Shown: positions 50,123-64,000 of the stretch, one piece after another
How positions within the stretch are numbered: position 1 is the first letter of the stretch
How the letters are laid out: each line of letters begins with the position of its first letter
Assembly (NCBI GenBank): GCA_973851085.1
Contig: OZ316775.1
Span: 3,658,001-3,722,000, forward strand
DNA: 64,000 bases
From: Ptychomitrium polyphyllum
Taxonomy: Eukaryota
Direction: 5' to 3'
Program-made: the position numbers and the translations under genes
The notes under the pieces: model-generated
What the model was told of the DNA's origin: nothing
Databases searched by the model: none
The model's input: only the letters and a program-made list of their open reading frames with translations

Positions 50123-52468
50123 ATGATTTGCTTGTTGAGACAACCCGCAAGAATAGACAAGCTGGAACCCAATGACCCTCCTGATTACAAACCGCGCACT
50201 ACAAGTCCCGTGACTGCGCGCAGCCTCGCCGCGCACGAAATGGCGGAGGTATCGTCCATGCTGTCGAACCTCCCGCGGCCCATGACAATGGGGGCGTACC
50301 CCGACGCCTACGGCTCCTACACTTCGCACCAATTCTCTCACTCGTGGCGCAACGTACTTCCGGTGGCCTATGAGGAGGAGTTTCTGGGTGCCGCAATCGG
50401 CCAGAAGCGCCATCGCGTCGAAGAATCATCCAAATTCTCCTATCTTACGGGGGGCGCTGCCTCCTCGACCTACTCCACCAGCCCAAGCGCCAAAGTCTCC
50501 CGCGACATGGGCAGCCGCTCTGTCGAAGTCACGCGCGACGCCTCGTGGGCGCCCTTGGGCGCTGGATTGGACGAAATCGTGAAGAAGGCGACGGAGAGAT
50601 CTTATCAGAGCAGCCCGAGCTACACTCAAGAGACTTACTCTTCGGATTCGGGGAAGCATTCCGACGTTAGCAAGCATTACTCCCCGCCTCGCAACGAAGG
50701 TAGAACTCCTTCACCTTCTTGATCATCACACACTGATATCAAGCAAACTCCCAATTGAGCTACAATTCGCTTACAAGTTTTCGAGGGATCAGATTGTAGC
50801 CATGAGTGATCGGTTATGTGTGTTTCAGCCGTAAACATGTTCATAAATCATTACAGATAGGAATTCAAATTCATGGAACTTCAAGAGCTCCGTCAAATAG
50901 TGTTGAACGAGGCAGGCATCGTGCGTTTTGTGATGAGGGGTTCTGCTTAACCAAGGTTTACTCTGGTTGTGCGACATTTCTGCGTCGGTGGGGCCGCATT
51001 GATTGCTCCGCGGACCTACCGCTGCGCGCAAGCGCATCGGTTCACACGGCCACGAAACTGTTAGCGTGTGAGGGGTAGGGGCTGGGGAGAATCGGATGTC
51101 ATTAGTGCAGTGAAGTTTTTTCATTCTCTCTGTGAGCGACTGTCGCTGAGTTTATCGGGGGTGGCTCGTGCAGATCCTCAAATGCGCCGTCGCAGCGGGT
51201 TGAGTGAGCAAGTGGAAGCTGGCGGTGGGTACGCAGGAGAGGGATTCAGCGGGCAAGTCGTCAGCGAGCCCACGCCCGAGGTAGTGGCGGCAGCAGCAGC
51301 AGCGGCGGCACCACCAGCGCCTCCGGTGAAGAAACGGAGGTATCGTGGGGTGCGGCAGCGGCCATGGGGGAAATGGGCCGCTGAGATTCGCGACCCGAAG
51401 AAAGCAGCTCGCGTCTGGCTAGGCACATTCGACACGGCGGAAGAGGCAGCGATGGCTTACGACGTCGCGGCGACGAAATTCAGAGGCTTACGCGCGAAGC
51501 TCAATTTCCCCGACGGCAAGCTGCCCAGCTCTGTGATGTCCACCTTGGGCGCGTCCTCGTCGTCACCAGCTCGCGCTTCTGCCACCGCACCCGCCCAAGC
51601 CAGCCAAACCGTCCAAGCCCTCGCCATCGCCACACCCTCCTTCTCTGTTCCCACCCCCACCCCAGGCCAATCCTCTGCCCAGCAATGGAGCCCCGTGCAG
51701 GCCGCGCCTGCTGATTCTTCTCGCCAATTCTCTTCCCAATTCTCGTGGACGAACCCCGCAACCACCACCACGACGGCCAATTACAATCAAATTCTGCCCT
51801 CCACTTCCTACTTAATTCCGGAGCCTCTCAACCCATTCTCGCAACGACCGCTGCAGACAATGTACTCTTCTCCTCCGGGCAATCTGTTGCAAGAAGGGCC
51901 TCAAGCTCAATCCTTGCGCCACCACCACCAAAATCACCCGCCGCCACCACCACAACAACAGAAGCAAGGTAGTTTATGGTCACGGCAGGTCCTCGCTCCT
52001 CCTCCCCTGACTCTCTCCTCGCAGCAGCCGTGGCAGCCGAGTCTTCCAATCGATTTCGACCGGGGCACGTCGAGTCGAGCTGCGGTAAATCTGGAGATGC
52101 AAAACTATGACCCCGTTGGGTATTATAACCCAGAGCCGCAGTTTCAAGCCTTTCAGCAACAGCAGCAACAATATTTGACTCAGGCTCAGCACGATAGCGC
52201 TATGGCCTGTTTGTCCGATCCGAGTTATCATCAACACCACCAGCAGTTAAGCAGTTTGGTGGAGCCGGTGGGAGCTCAAGCTGGCGTTGCATTATCGTCG
52301 TCTTCGTTGAGCTCGGGTCTGGAGCTTTCGTATGAGCAGATCTTCGAGCAAGGGATGTCGTCGTCGTCAGTGCCGTTGTGGAATCCTCGTGAAGTGTCGT
52401 CGCCGAGTGCTGTCTTCCCGACTCTCTATCAGTTTCCGAACGAGCAGCAGAAGCCCCCTCCCCAGTAG
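50123..52468 (+). CDS. AP2/ERF transcription factor, ERF subfamily (group X/ABR1-like). Exons 50123-50699 and 51174-52468, 623 aa.
   Basis: AP2 domain [58 protein letters not shown] with ERF-type Ala14/Asp19. A phase-1 intron (GAAG|GTAGAA ... gtgcAG|AT) joins the two ORFs. Q/P/S-rich C-terminus. Confidence 0.9.
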
Positions 52469-55400
52469 GAATTCAAAAACGGACACTTTAGGATTCGATT
52501 GAGAAATTTTTTAGCTTTGGATCGATAAACCATCATTATCGATCGATCGATCATCAAAATGATAGGATGTGTGTTCTACTTCTCTGTCTGTCCGCCCAAA
52601 TCAGTTAGGTTTTAATGTAATTAAGTCTGAAATTTTGTAGACTCAGGTATCGGAAAGTAGTGGACCTTGTATGGGGCTCCTTGTAGATTGAGACGCCGTC
52701 GACACAGATCAGTTGACTTCTGTTTCTAAGTTTAATGTACATGTTTGTGATACTTAGGCAAGGTAAATCCTGGTAGTATGATACACATGGTCGGCGGGTA
52801 GAGTACAACAACTACGTTTAGAATACACCCTGATGTTTGAACACCAATTCTTTATATTATAAAAGAAAGGCCTCTTCGAAGGCAAGTACCCCTTCAAGTA
52901 CCCTCTTGAAAGGCGAGTCTGGCTCAATCAAGTACTCCTTTCATGCGAAGCAGCTTTTGCATGAGGCTGTAGTTACAGCGGAGCCACCCTTAAATTGGAC
53001 CGAAAAGGATCCAATTGCGGCTGGGATTGCGGCTAGGTGAAGCAATGAAAAAGGGTAAGTCTTGGTAGCTTTTGGAATTCAATGCAGGACAATGGAGTCA
53101 TGGCCATTGACATGGCTGGCATCGTGATCGTAAGTGGGATGAAAACCACTCGTCCGCGCAGCAGGAGGTCATTGGACCAGGAGGTTTCAACAACCAGGCC
53201 GGAAAAGCAATAACTTATGTCTATTTGCACGCAGCACTCTTCTCTTGGCATTCTGGCACTTCAAGGGATTCATTCATTCCAGTAAACTCTTTCCTCGCAC
53301 TGGGTTGGTACTCCAGTAGGTATTCTTTGTTTTCTGGTGAACCTTATCCATTTCAGCAATTCCCCACGTGCTAATTCATCGATTGCCTGTAATTCTATTT
53401 ATAGCTTCTCACCAGCACTGTCCCAGCTGGCCATTGCCACTTGAGTTTCAGGGAAATTGGGCCAACTCTTGCTGGTGGGACATGTGCCTGCTGAAATGGA
53501 AGCCTGAGCTGCCCATCAGTACTGTAGCATACACTGACGATGTTGAATTCATTAGCGTGTTTTCCTTTTTGAAGCAAAGAGAAGCAAATTTTCAGTTACA
53601 CAGTGTTCTCCTGAAGCTGATCATGTAGTATTGCAAACTAATTAAGCTGCTTAGGGATATGCTCAATAAACGAGGATGTCGGGCAGGTAACGTCCTGACT
53701 GAGAATGCTTCTATGAGAATGAAACTCACCTTGCATGTAGAACGTCATATGATGGAGTACATGGGCATTCAATCATCTTGCATTGAGGCATTAAATATGA
53801 CAGCCGAGCATGGCCCCAGTTCTATTGTGCGCCCTCTGGAGCTACAGCACGGCAAACTTCGCACAACAGATCGAGCTTGGCACACAGCCTTTAATGTGTC
53901 TATACTTTAATTGCAAGCACTATTTATCTTATTCAGCATATCAAGACATTAGAGCTTGTCATGTACGAGATCGTGAACAGTTACAAAGTCTATAGGCCTT
54001 AACTTCTCCTTGCTTCCTGCTCCTATCCTTGGGCTTCCCTATTCAAGCCTCCAGCATTAAGGAAATATTCGTGGAACAACTCATTTATGAATCAGTAAGA
54101 AACTCGGGCTGAAATTAGTCAATTGAGACTTTGCGTGGAATCTTTGGCTTGATATTAGAGATTGTAAGCACAACTAAATACCTGTTATTTTGTACTTTTG
54201 TTTTAGGAGCCTAAATTGCCAGTTCCGTGTTTTGGAAGCATGTTTCTGATGCAGTCGTGTGTTTTGTAGTAAAAGCTGAGCCTGCAAGCGCATGGTCCTA
54301 TCACAGGATCAAGTTCTATTGCAGTGATCAAAATGTGTACCAGAATCAAAATATAACTTCCATAAATCTGCGCATCAACTGAGTCACCTTTCTAGCACAA
54401 GCTACGGACACCAACTTTCCTACGAATTTTACTACTTCGGGTCTGAATTTATACACGGCTTACTGCAAGGAAGTTGATCTCGAATTTGTCTTCGAGGAAG
54501 CGAATCTTGACTGCTATAGCACACAGTGATTTGATTTTTGGCTTTGCTTCTTCTTCGAGAAAGCAAATGAACAGAGGATTTCGTAGCTAAAGTTGTAACC
54601 TTTCAAACTACCGTCCCAAAAGACCAGAAATTGAGAGTTCACAACAATAACTATTATGATCATTTGGTTTTAGACTGGCTCGAGAATAGCTCCACTATTT
54701 TCGACATGGTCCTACCTCCATAATTTCCTCAAGGGGCGCTTCCATAATCTCTTCCATTACCTATATGTAAATTTTATATTTGTTTAAGGTAATACTAAGT
54801 CGATATTTAGAAAATTATCTAACGAAATACTAGAAGAAGTTAATCTGACTTTCATATTACCACCAAAATTATGGGGGAAAAAGTCTAAAAATGTGCAAGA
54901 ACTACCAGTCTCAATTTCCAGAATGTCTGCATCAACCATTTTCTCACCATTTTCTCATCAACTTGAGCTCTCGTGGATAAGCATGTGGGCTCGTGGGGTT
55001 TTCTCATTCCTCAAGATTTCCAGGGCTGCAACTGAAGCTGTTTTTTCCAACCGCTTTCCTCCTCATGTGATGAATAATGAGCTTAACAACGTTCGACTTA
55101 ACAAGTACATCCCTTATTTTTCGCTTACATTGTTAGCATGTTGCAAAACCATATGAGACAATAGGTAGGTTAAGCTTGACCAGGCTACTTGCCATGAGTC
55201 ACGCAAGGGAATGTTCCAGTCGAGTGTGCAGAGAAATACTCGAGAATTTGAAGCCGTGCTCGCACACGAGTGGCAGTACCAACCATAATGTCTGTAGCAT
55301 GTGTGCAGTCAGTGATACTGCCAATAAAATATTGCGAAACTGTGCACATTTGGAATAAATCAAGAGAACTCTAAACTCATATTGTAGAAGACCAACCATG

Positions 55401-58400
55401 GTTCCACAAGTACTGATTGGGATAGAATAACTGTGAGATGAAATCCATCTATACATTATTATGTCCTGTTTCCTTTGCAGGAAATTAATTCCATGTGGGG
55501 CCACTTTAACTAATGCTAAACAAGACAACTTTGTTGAAGCATCAAATTGCACATGTGCACTTAGCATGTATTTTATTGTACTTTAGTCGTTTAAATCTAG
55601 CAAAAATGATATAAAATAACTTTACTACAAGTTTGAAGGTATTATAAAATAGTTCAAAGGTGCAGACTCGTAGTTATTATTCCCAACTCAAGCAGTTTCG
55701 GTCACAGCTGATCCGAAGTTACAGTGTTTGTAACACCTCAACATCTTTGCTCCCTAGCAACCACTGCCAGCCGAATTTGACCTCCGATAATGAACTCTAA
55801 TTATGAAACTGCAGGATTATTGACATAAATCCAGACGCCGAATATTCTCCTAGTATACTTGTACTGATAGCATGATCGTATACGGAGTCCACACGGACAG
55901 TTGATCCATGACCGGCGCCGCCATTCCTCGAAGGTGACCGGTGAGGTGCGTTCGAAACTTCGACCCAATCCACCGCCAGTTTTATCCTTCACAGCCTATC
56001 TTCACCGAGAATAGAAATTTTGTCCATATCTACGTTCACCATTCCTGACGACCAAACCCAATTTAATCAATACATCAACTATGTGTACGAAAATGTATGT
56101 CAATGGATTAATATATCCAGATATTTCCACCTAATGCATCTCCAAAAGACGAAATCCGTCACCTTCTTCTCAACACCGGCGACCACCGCTTTTGTTCACA
56201 GATGGATTCATCGACAAAAATCAGTTGAGTTCACTTGATCATCTCTGTCAAATTCTTCAACCACCTCGTTTTCATTTGGGTCCAGGCCAATCTTCTGGCT
56301 TAGATCGATCATGAGTGCTGCCCATGTTTGTTGACTGGTGCAGTGGTCTGTAAGTTTGTGGTGGCGCTGCGTGGATCGATCCTCCATGATCTAGAGAATG
56401 GTGGTGCTTGACCTCCTATCACACCTGCAAAGGCTGCAGTAGTACTGACTAATCGGCCGTGCAGACAGTGAGCTGATAGAGTGGACCCCGACGCAGTACT
56501 ACTGGACATGGCTGGACGTATACTTTAAATTCAAGGCTTGGTTCACGGGAAGGGTATCAAGTACTGAAGTAAACTGATAGGAGTTATATGCAAAAAAGTA
56601 GATAAAAATTTAATGGAATAGCATCACATTGACAAAGAGGCGAGTCATCTGGACGAGTGCTTGTCTAAACCAGCTCGTAGTGGACGAGTGGGCAAGGAGT
56701 TTGGTATTCAGAAGTTTTACGCCGTTGTTGTGTGTAACATGCAGGAGCTCACCAAACAGGTGACCACTTCCAGATTATGAAGGCACCTCCATGCAAATAT
56801 GAGGCACCTCCACCTCCATGCAAATTTTATAGAGCCTTGTTAAAAGACGGTATACAAAGTCATTGCTTGTTTTACCCATTGATTTATACTCAAAGATACT
56901 CTACATCAGCATCTTCTTACTTATTACTTGTGCATAACAAAAACCAAATGATATATATTTTTTTAAATGAAATATTTTTTTCTTAAAAATAAAAATAAAA
57001 ATAAATATATCAAGTTTAGAATATTATATACTACCAATAGAAATTATGTGCCATAAAATTTCTTATTTTTATATAATTTCCCTTTAATGAATTTAAGCTC
57101 AACATTAAGTATTTTTGAAAACATTTTATTCATAAAAATATTATATAAATTATCAAAATGTCATATATATACATATATATATTAAAAAATAATTCATTCA
57201 CGGAATTCTTTATGTTTGAAATTTACAATATTTTTAAATCTATTTCAAATATAAAATTTTCATTGTAAAACATATCATATATATATTAAGTCATTAATGT
57301 TGCATATATTTTTTTAAATATTGTAAGTTAATTTCAAGGTCGTTTTTGAATTATCAAATGAATAATAGTAATATTTGCACTTATAAAGTTGCACCTTTTA
57401 GCCACCTATTTCGTTATTCAACACTTTAAGCATGCAAAAATGAAAATGTTGATACACAATATTCAATGTATTTCTACACTAAATGGAACATATAATCATT
57501 CCATCTTATTTCAAATCTTGTTAGAAATTTTTACCCCTAGATAATATATGTGTTAAAAATATTGAAAATGTACTTCTTATCATATATTAGATAGTGTTTT
57601 TTGGTAATTGTTACCTCAATTTGCAACATCAAGTCTTGAATTTGGTATCAAATTGAAGCTATTAGAATTTGGAATCCAATATAATTATATTTAGTTTTTA
57701 ACTTTCAAAATTATACATGCAATGAATAATTTTAATGCAAGTCTTAATTATAATAATGTGGTGATGAGAGTTTTGATCCATGCATACAACTTGGAGCTGC
57801 TTACTCAACTTACAAGATGGACTTAAGAAATCATCTACCTATTTCTATGGAAATGAACTCTTATATCTCTACTTTAAATAAAAGCTTTTGATATAAAAAG
57901 TGAAACCTTTACTAAGTAATGAGACCATTTTTCAAAGCCAAATCTTAAACATTCAATTTCCAAAAACTCAATGCTCCATATTACAAGATAAATGACAAAA
58001 TTTTGTTTTTCATAAGATATTATACAAAGATTGATTAAAATACAAGTATAAATCCTAAAAGAACAAATTTAAGGCAGTATATTATATACCTTTTATACAT
58101 TGATATTTGCTTACTTTTGACTACATATTTTATTTAAATTGTGGATTGCTATTAGAAATTCAATATTTAGATCTAAAAAGCATGATTTAGTTTGTTGTAA
58201 AGTTCTTGCCATTGTGCATTTAACTAGCCATTTTTTAAAGATTTGGTGAATAAATGAGTTGGTGGTTGCAAGTCAAAATTGTTGTATAAAAGAAAAAAGA
58301 ATGATAATGTCAACATCTAATTATTAGACTTCCTATATGAAAAATTGTAGTTTAGTATATATCTTTTTCAATCACACAAAATGAATTATCTATCCAATAA

Positions 58401-59320
58401 GAAATTAATATAAAAAAACTTATAATTTAGGAATGCAACACAATATAAATTAGCACATCACTAAAAATGTGTGATTTAATGTAGAAAAGAAAATAAAATT
58501 CATCTTATGCTACATTAAGAAACCTATTTATGAGCATTTACTTTTGATTTATTAAGGTTTTTACATTTCATTCTATATAAATATTTTTATCTCAAATATT
58601 TATAGAAGTCCTTCAATATGAACACTATCAATACAATTATTTAGGGTTAAAAAATGCTTTGGAAAAAATGCTAGAGCATTGAATGAATGCACACTAAATA
58701 GAATTTTTGGTGTAATAGGGTGATAAAATAGTCCCCAAAACGTCAGTTTAGCACATCATTGAAGCACCAAGAGGGTAAGAATACATCGCCTCTCATGGAA
58801 CTGATGTAATCTACACTTTCACTGCACATAATTAAATTGACTGCCTGAAACCCAGGTCGATTGATTGGAAGAACCAAGTCCCCACAATCAATGAGTGAAC
58901 ACAGCTACTGTAGCAATCATTGTTTCTAATAAATTTTCAGAGCTCCCTGCCATACGTGCCAAATCAGGTATCACACAAAACTGTTCTAAATGGGATTTAT
59001 GATTAACAAAGGGGAATAATAACTTACAAATTACACCTCAACCAAGCTTCCTGGTCTCTATGGGAGACCTGGAAAAGAATTTATCCACACTAATGGTGTG
59101 AATACTGAATGAGGTTTGCAGGTGTAGTCTAGATGGACTTTGACTGGCAGTATTACATGTCCAAGACTTCCCGTCAAAGAGTCCGACCGAGAGTCAAGGA
59201 CTTAGACCCTGCCCAGATGCGGCATTGGTCATGTGAAAACCATCTCATCCGCAGCAAACAGAACATGAGCACTGGACATGATAGCAATCCTTGAACCCAG
59301 ATGGTAAAAGAAGGCATAAA

Positions 59321-62300
59321 TCACTGGTCTTCCTGTTCCAGACGGCGCTCTGCAAGACGTTCTAATATGCGTTGCCTAACTTCCTCCTGACGGGGCTCTA
59401 AAAGGGGTTCCTTGGTTCTCCCATCCACCACATTGAAGACGTCGATTACAAGCGTGTCTTGCGTTGATATTTTGGCCTTTTTGACACTGGAAGAGAACCA
59501 CTGGTAAGCATTAGCAACGATAGCAACGACAACAAAGCCATCTTCCTCGAATCAAGCTTCTGCATATTCGTATAAATCGATTCCATCCTAAGACGACAAT
59601 CTCATATTTGGAATCTGAAATAAACAATTCTATATATTTTAAATTCACCATAAGATTTATTTTCAAGCTAAAAATATTTAAGAAAACAATTTTGTCACTC
59701 GAACATAACTTGTTTCCGCATATGAAATGAACAGCTAAGATTGGACAAAAACCAACAGCAAGTGTTTCTGTTTGTGTTGGACAGTATTTATCAGTGCCGC
59801 ACAAATTCAGATGAAATTGGATTTAAATATGCCTCATGAACCGCCTGACATTCAAATTGTCCAGAAATCAAGGTTGATTCGTTGTGTGAAGCTTCCACTA
59901 CTGGGCACTTGTGAAACAAAAACATGGATCATTTTTTCTCACAACACACGCACCAAGGCATGTTCAAGAAAAAGGTAAATGCAGACCTGACGCCTGTTTC
60001 TTTGAATGCACGTGTGAGGTCGAAGAGTAACATGTCTTGGTCAAGTCCCTCTACTGTCACCTCCGTTTGTCCGTTTTCATTCTGAAAAAAGACCTGGAAT
60101 GCGGATTCTTCAAAGACTGGGGCAACATCTTCAAGAAGAAGCACGTCCTCAGCAGCCTCAACAGGTTCTGGTGCAGCGTTTACTGTCATTGAAGCATCAC
60201 TTGAAGGCAAGGGGGCACCGCTGTTCTCTAGATCCAACTGCAATGATTCCAGACAGACCAGGGATTAAAATTTAAACACGATAAGAGACAAAGACCAAAA
60301 TCTCATTTACAAGCTCAAACATCATATTCAGATTTCTTATCCCTTAAGAATATTTCTATATTTGGGAGAAGTTAACAAAATGGAATCTTTTCCTCCAGAT
60401 CTAATTGTGCTACTATAACACTCTCCTACACCAAAAAAACAATCCTGCTCAAATTTTCCAGGGTTTCTGCATTTCCCACATAGAGTTGCACATTATTTTT
60501 AAATAAAGACAATTCGTGACCTATCAGTTTACGCGAATAACATCAGAAGGTATAAGACGAAGAACTTGGCTTTGGAAACTGCAGATCCAGACCAGATCTA
60601 AGAGAGTATCCTCTATATGACCTAACTACTGAATACTCGGTACCAAGACGTGCTATAGAGTGCCCCAGTATTGCAAGCACAGCATCACACACAACTTCCA
60701 GAATGTTGGGAATTAAACCTTTTTAGGACTTTCAAGCTCAAGGTTCTGTGAAGCTTCGTCGTGTGGTAAGGCTAAAGACACACTGTTATTGAAACGCGAG
60801 AGATCAGCATGCATCGAATCTGAAATCACAGGCCTCGATTCTTCTACAGAAGAAAGTGATGTGCCAGAACTTTCACCAAGTGCAGCAAGCTGTATACGCC
60901 ACTGCTCGGCAAGACTCTGCATGGACTCAAACTGTGGTTCAATGATCTCTGCACACATATTCGCAAAATTAAGTCAATACTAGCTTAGGATACCAGCATA
61001 GCTAACAACTAAAAATGAGAACTGTTACTTAAAAGTGTATCCGTACAGTGAGTTTGCAATCTGATGTGTCCTACTATTTATGAAGACATTTTAACGTTTT
61101 GTACATTATCATGCGACTCACCGTGTTCCAACGCTTCCAGCTTGTCTGAGTCTTCTACTATTGGCGTGACATATCCACTCGTATCAAGTTCATGACTATG
61201 TACAGGACTTTCCCTGCCAGTTCCTAGCAATTCAGATGTCGTCAGCTCTGATTGGATGTGGTCTATCTCTGCATCCTCATCAAAATTATGTGAAGAAGCA
61301 CCATCGGAATGTGCAGAAAAGCGAGGGCTGCTACTTAATACAGGACCAACTACTCCCTGTAATCTAGGCCGGCGCATATAGCCCTTATCGCTCATCAGCT
61401 CTTCAATGCCATTGAATTTCTTTCTCCTACACAACAAGTAAAATTTCAATACACTTGCAACAAAGTCAAATTCAATTGCTCGTTGTTTCATTCCCGGTGT
61501 CCAGAAGCTATGCACTGATAGTACGAAGGCAAGAATATTAATAGTGAAGTCCTGTAAAGACCAACTACGAGCACTAGAAAAATAAATCAACGACCTCAAG
61601 ATAACAGCAAAGTTCAAGCCCCAGTTCAAGAACAATCTGAACCAAAAGTCAGTAGAAATTCTTGGCCTTGTTACAGTCAACCTCTAAGACATAAAGGACC
61701 CCCTAAATCATCAATGGTGTAACTGCAACCATCATCCTGCACTAACTAAATCGACTGCCAAAACTTGGTATGATGAGCATAATCGTCTACTCAAACTCTG
61801 TGTGATGGATTTTGAGGCATCTTATGACAGTTTGGAACAACACAGCTAATTCCAGCTGAGATTCTAAACCATAGCATGGGGCAAAACTCCCTGCACATAA
61901 TCAAAGTCGGCGTACTACATAAGAGTGACCTACCATGTGAACACAAGAACAACAAGAATCCGTTCTAGTCAAACCAACGGATCAGGTGAAACACCAGAAA
62001 GCACATTTTACATCATCGAGATTTCCAATTGCAAAACTCTCTTTTGTTGATCGGAAACTTCGCCGTGCTCATTTTGAGGTTCTCTTGTGTAAGAGCGCTT
62101 AAAAAGCTAATTTATGCGAGCTTCTAATATTAAAGATGTTTTATTTTGAAGTAATCATGCTTGATTTTAGTTAAAACTTACCCTCTGCTGAACGCCTCCC
62201 AAGTAATAATCTTGGTAACTTCAATGCCTCGACTGAGAGGTAGGGTTGAAGAATCAACACCAGGCTGTCGTCGTACGTGTCGAATATAATCATTTGTACT

Positions 62301-63408
62301 GTCATCTAGTGCATTATCCGCCACCACAATTGCCCCCTTCTTTAGCCTCAGGAGGTCAAAAAGCTCAATATAACGTTCAGGCTGCCCTGAAAGCAACACA
62401 AAATCCAATCCTGTGGCCCACTTTCTCACGTCAAAATAATATTATGTGCTGTCGGATATAAACGAGTCAAGACGCTATGGTACTGTTCAAGAAAGGTAAG
62501 TTAAAACCACAATGAATTTGCAAGATAAGACTACTTTCAAGTCTACTTCCTCAAACGAGAACTACTTTCTGGATGAATCCCTACATTTGTTATCGACAAA
62601 GCGAATCATGACCTACAAACCCTGTACGACTGCAGGTACCTTCTTTCCGAGGAATAAATGTCGAGGGATCTTCTGTGATAAATTCCACGTGATCAGTCAA
62701 TCTCATCTCCTTAAGGAAATACTCAATAACCCGTTGTTTCTCTGCTTCGTGATGTACAGACAACAAGCAGCTGTTGGTGGCTCTTGCAGCTGCAACAGGG
62801 GCCAAGAGATGTAAGAACCAAACACGATGTGCGGTCAAGGTAGAGTTTTCTTTTAAATTTGGTGGTGTAAAGTGGATATATAGCTTAGGCAGGATGATGA
62901 TAAAGGTACAGATGCAGAGAATGTAAACGAGCCCAAGAAAGGAAATCGTAAAGATCAAATGGACATCGAATCCTACCTGCAGCAAGGGCCAATGTAGACA
63001 ATCCACACCCTACTTGCAGGGTATGACGTGAACTGATCCCAGCCGCCAAAGCAGAAATAAATTCTGCACTGGCAGGTTCAAGAAGTGGGGGTCTTCGATG
63101 ACCCCTCCCAAACGACTGCCGCTTCTCCAGGAGGGTCCTCCGCTGCAATCCAGAAGCAATGCACACTTGTAAGGTCTTTCAGATGCCGTCGTCAGTGACC
63201 AGTCAGTTCGATATCAAAGTCCACAAAAGGCTCCAGCAGAGTATTCTGCTCCAAAGAATGTTCTCTCGAATATAAAGAGAAGATATCACCTAGGTAATCC
63301 TTTCCATACGGGGAAAGGATGAAGACATACCAGGTCTAAAGATTCACAAAACGCAGCGGTCGAGATCTCTGAGCACCACCGCATCTCGCTGAAATGAGAA
63401 TCTTGCAT
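59321..63408 (-). CDS. DUF1442/SAM-dependent methyltransferase-like protein fused to a C-terminal ACT domain. Exons 63408-63331, 63142-62977, 62789-62640, 62410-62182, 61426-61122, 60948-60719, 60237-59987, 59486-59321; 524 aa.
   Basis: All seven introns are GT-AG with matching phases (0, 1, 1, 2, 1, 0, 2). DUF1442-like motifs W.SE.STAAF.ESL, EP.SAEFISALAAG, STLALAAAARAT, LDFVLL, GAIVVADNA. ACT-like TEVTVEGLDQDMLLFDLTRAFKETGVSVKKAKISTQDTLVIDVFNVVD. Confidence 0.85.
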
Positions 63409-63451
63409 CCTGCTCCCTCCTGCGACGCCTCCGAGCGTTCCCAACGCTCAT
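63344..63451 (-). promoter_or_regulatory. Upstream out-of-frame ORF overlapping the start of the MTase-ACT gene (35 aa)
   Basis: ATG at 63451 reads MSVGNARRRRRREQDARFSFQRDAVVLRDLDRCVL*, ending inside exon 1. Only relevant if the transcript starts upstream of 63451. Confidence 0.4.
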
Positions 63452-64000
63452 TACAATTCTATGCTCCAGCCCGCCCAAAGTGCACTGGTATCCTTTCTGC
63501 AGCCGTGATTGAACTTCTGAGATACTACAGAACTACTCAAATCCCATAAGCAGCAAAAAAGACGTACGAGGTTGGCTATTCAACAAAAGAAAATAGGCAG
63601 GCGTGTTTGCTCCAAAAACTATCACCTGTAACACCTCCTGCCACCCAACTCAAGCTGCTCCGTTATATGTAAACTTTTCAAAGCCGACCCCTTGAAAAGG
63701 TTTCAAAGTCCACATTACGGAATTAAATTTTAACCAAGCGTCTCTAGTACCTATCAACCATAGCTGATCAGGTCTAGACAAGACGACATTAACTACTTGA
63801 CATTGAGTACAAAGCGTACAAACCAAACCAGAGCTCAAGTTCCGTCTCCTTTTGAAGGCGGACATATCTTTGTACTCAACTTTCAAGCCAAAAATTAATG
63901 CTGCGGAGGTACTTCGCTAGTACCAAGTGTTGTCATGTCGTAATCAAGCCGTATTATTAAAATCCAATCTATTTCGACTTATGAAAAAATAGACCCCTAG

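Noticed and set aside
50123..50140. Group VII ERF Met-Cys N-degron (oxygen sensing)
   Set aside because: The N-terminus is MIC, with Cys at position 3 and no MCGGAI motif; the AP2 domain is group X-like.

Overview
Eukaryotic land-plant genomic DNA, probably a moss such as Physcomitrium (inferred from the LTR family and gene style; not provable here). GC-richer gene islands sit in AT-rich, transposon-derived sequence, with a 100-N assembly gap at 43432-43531. Three intact spliced genes can be built by hand with GT-AG introns and matching phases. (1) A + strand membrane-anchored RLK/Pelle-type kinase (about 15.1-18.3 kb, 4 coding exons) with an extra C-terminal beta-rich domain resembling DUF868 and a duplicated NNYPIK tail. 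(2) A + strand two-exon AP2/ERF (group X-like) transcription factor (50123-52468). (3) A - strand 8-exon gene (63408-59321) joining a DUF1442/SAM-methyltransferase-like domain to a GlnD/ACR-type ACT domain, with an overlapping Arg-rich uORF. Mobile DNA includes a decayed - strand Ty3/gypsy element with nested solo LTRs and a tRNA-Glu-like PBS (1-3522), a fully palindromic MITE-like element (9891-10164) and a solo LTR (about 23.8-24.5 kb). A decayed chromovirus (34560-41501) has three stacked 5' LTRs, a -1 frameshift signal and what looks like an extra third ORF between pol and the PPT. Weak LRR remnants at about 4.1-8.7 kb suggest an eroded NLR/LRR gene. All domain calls come from motif recognition by eye and need HMM or structure confirmation.
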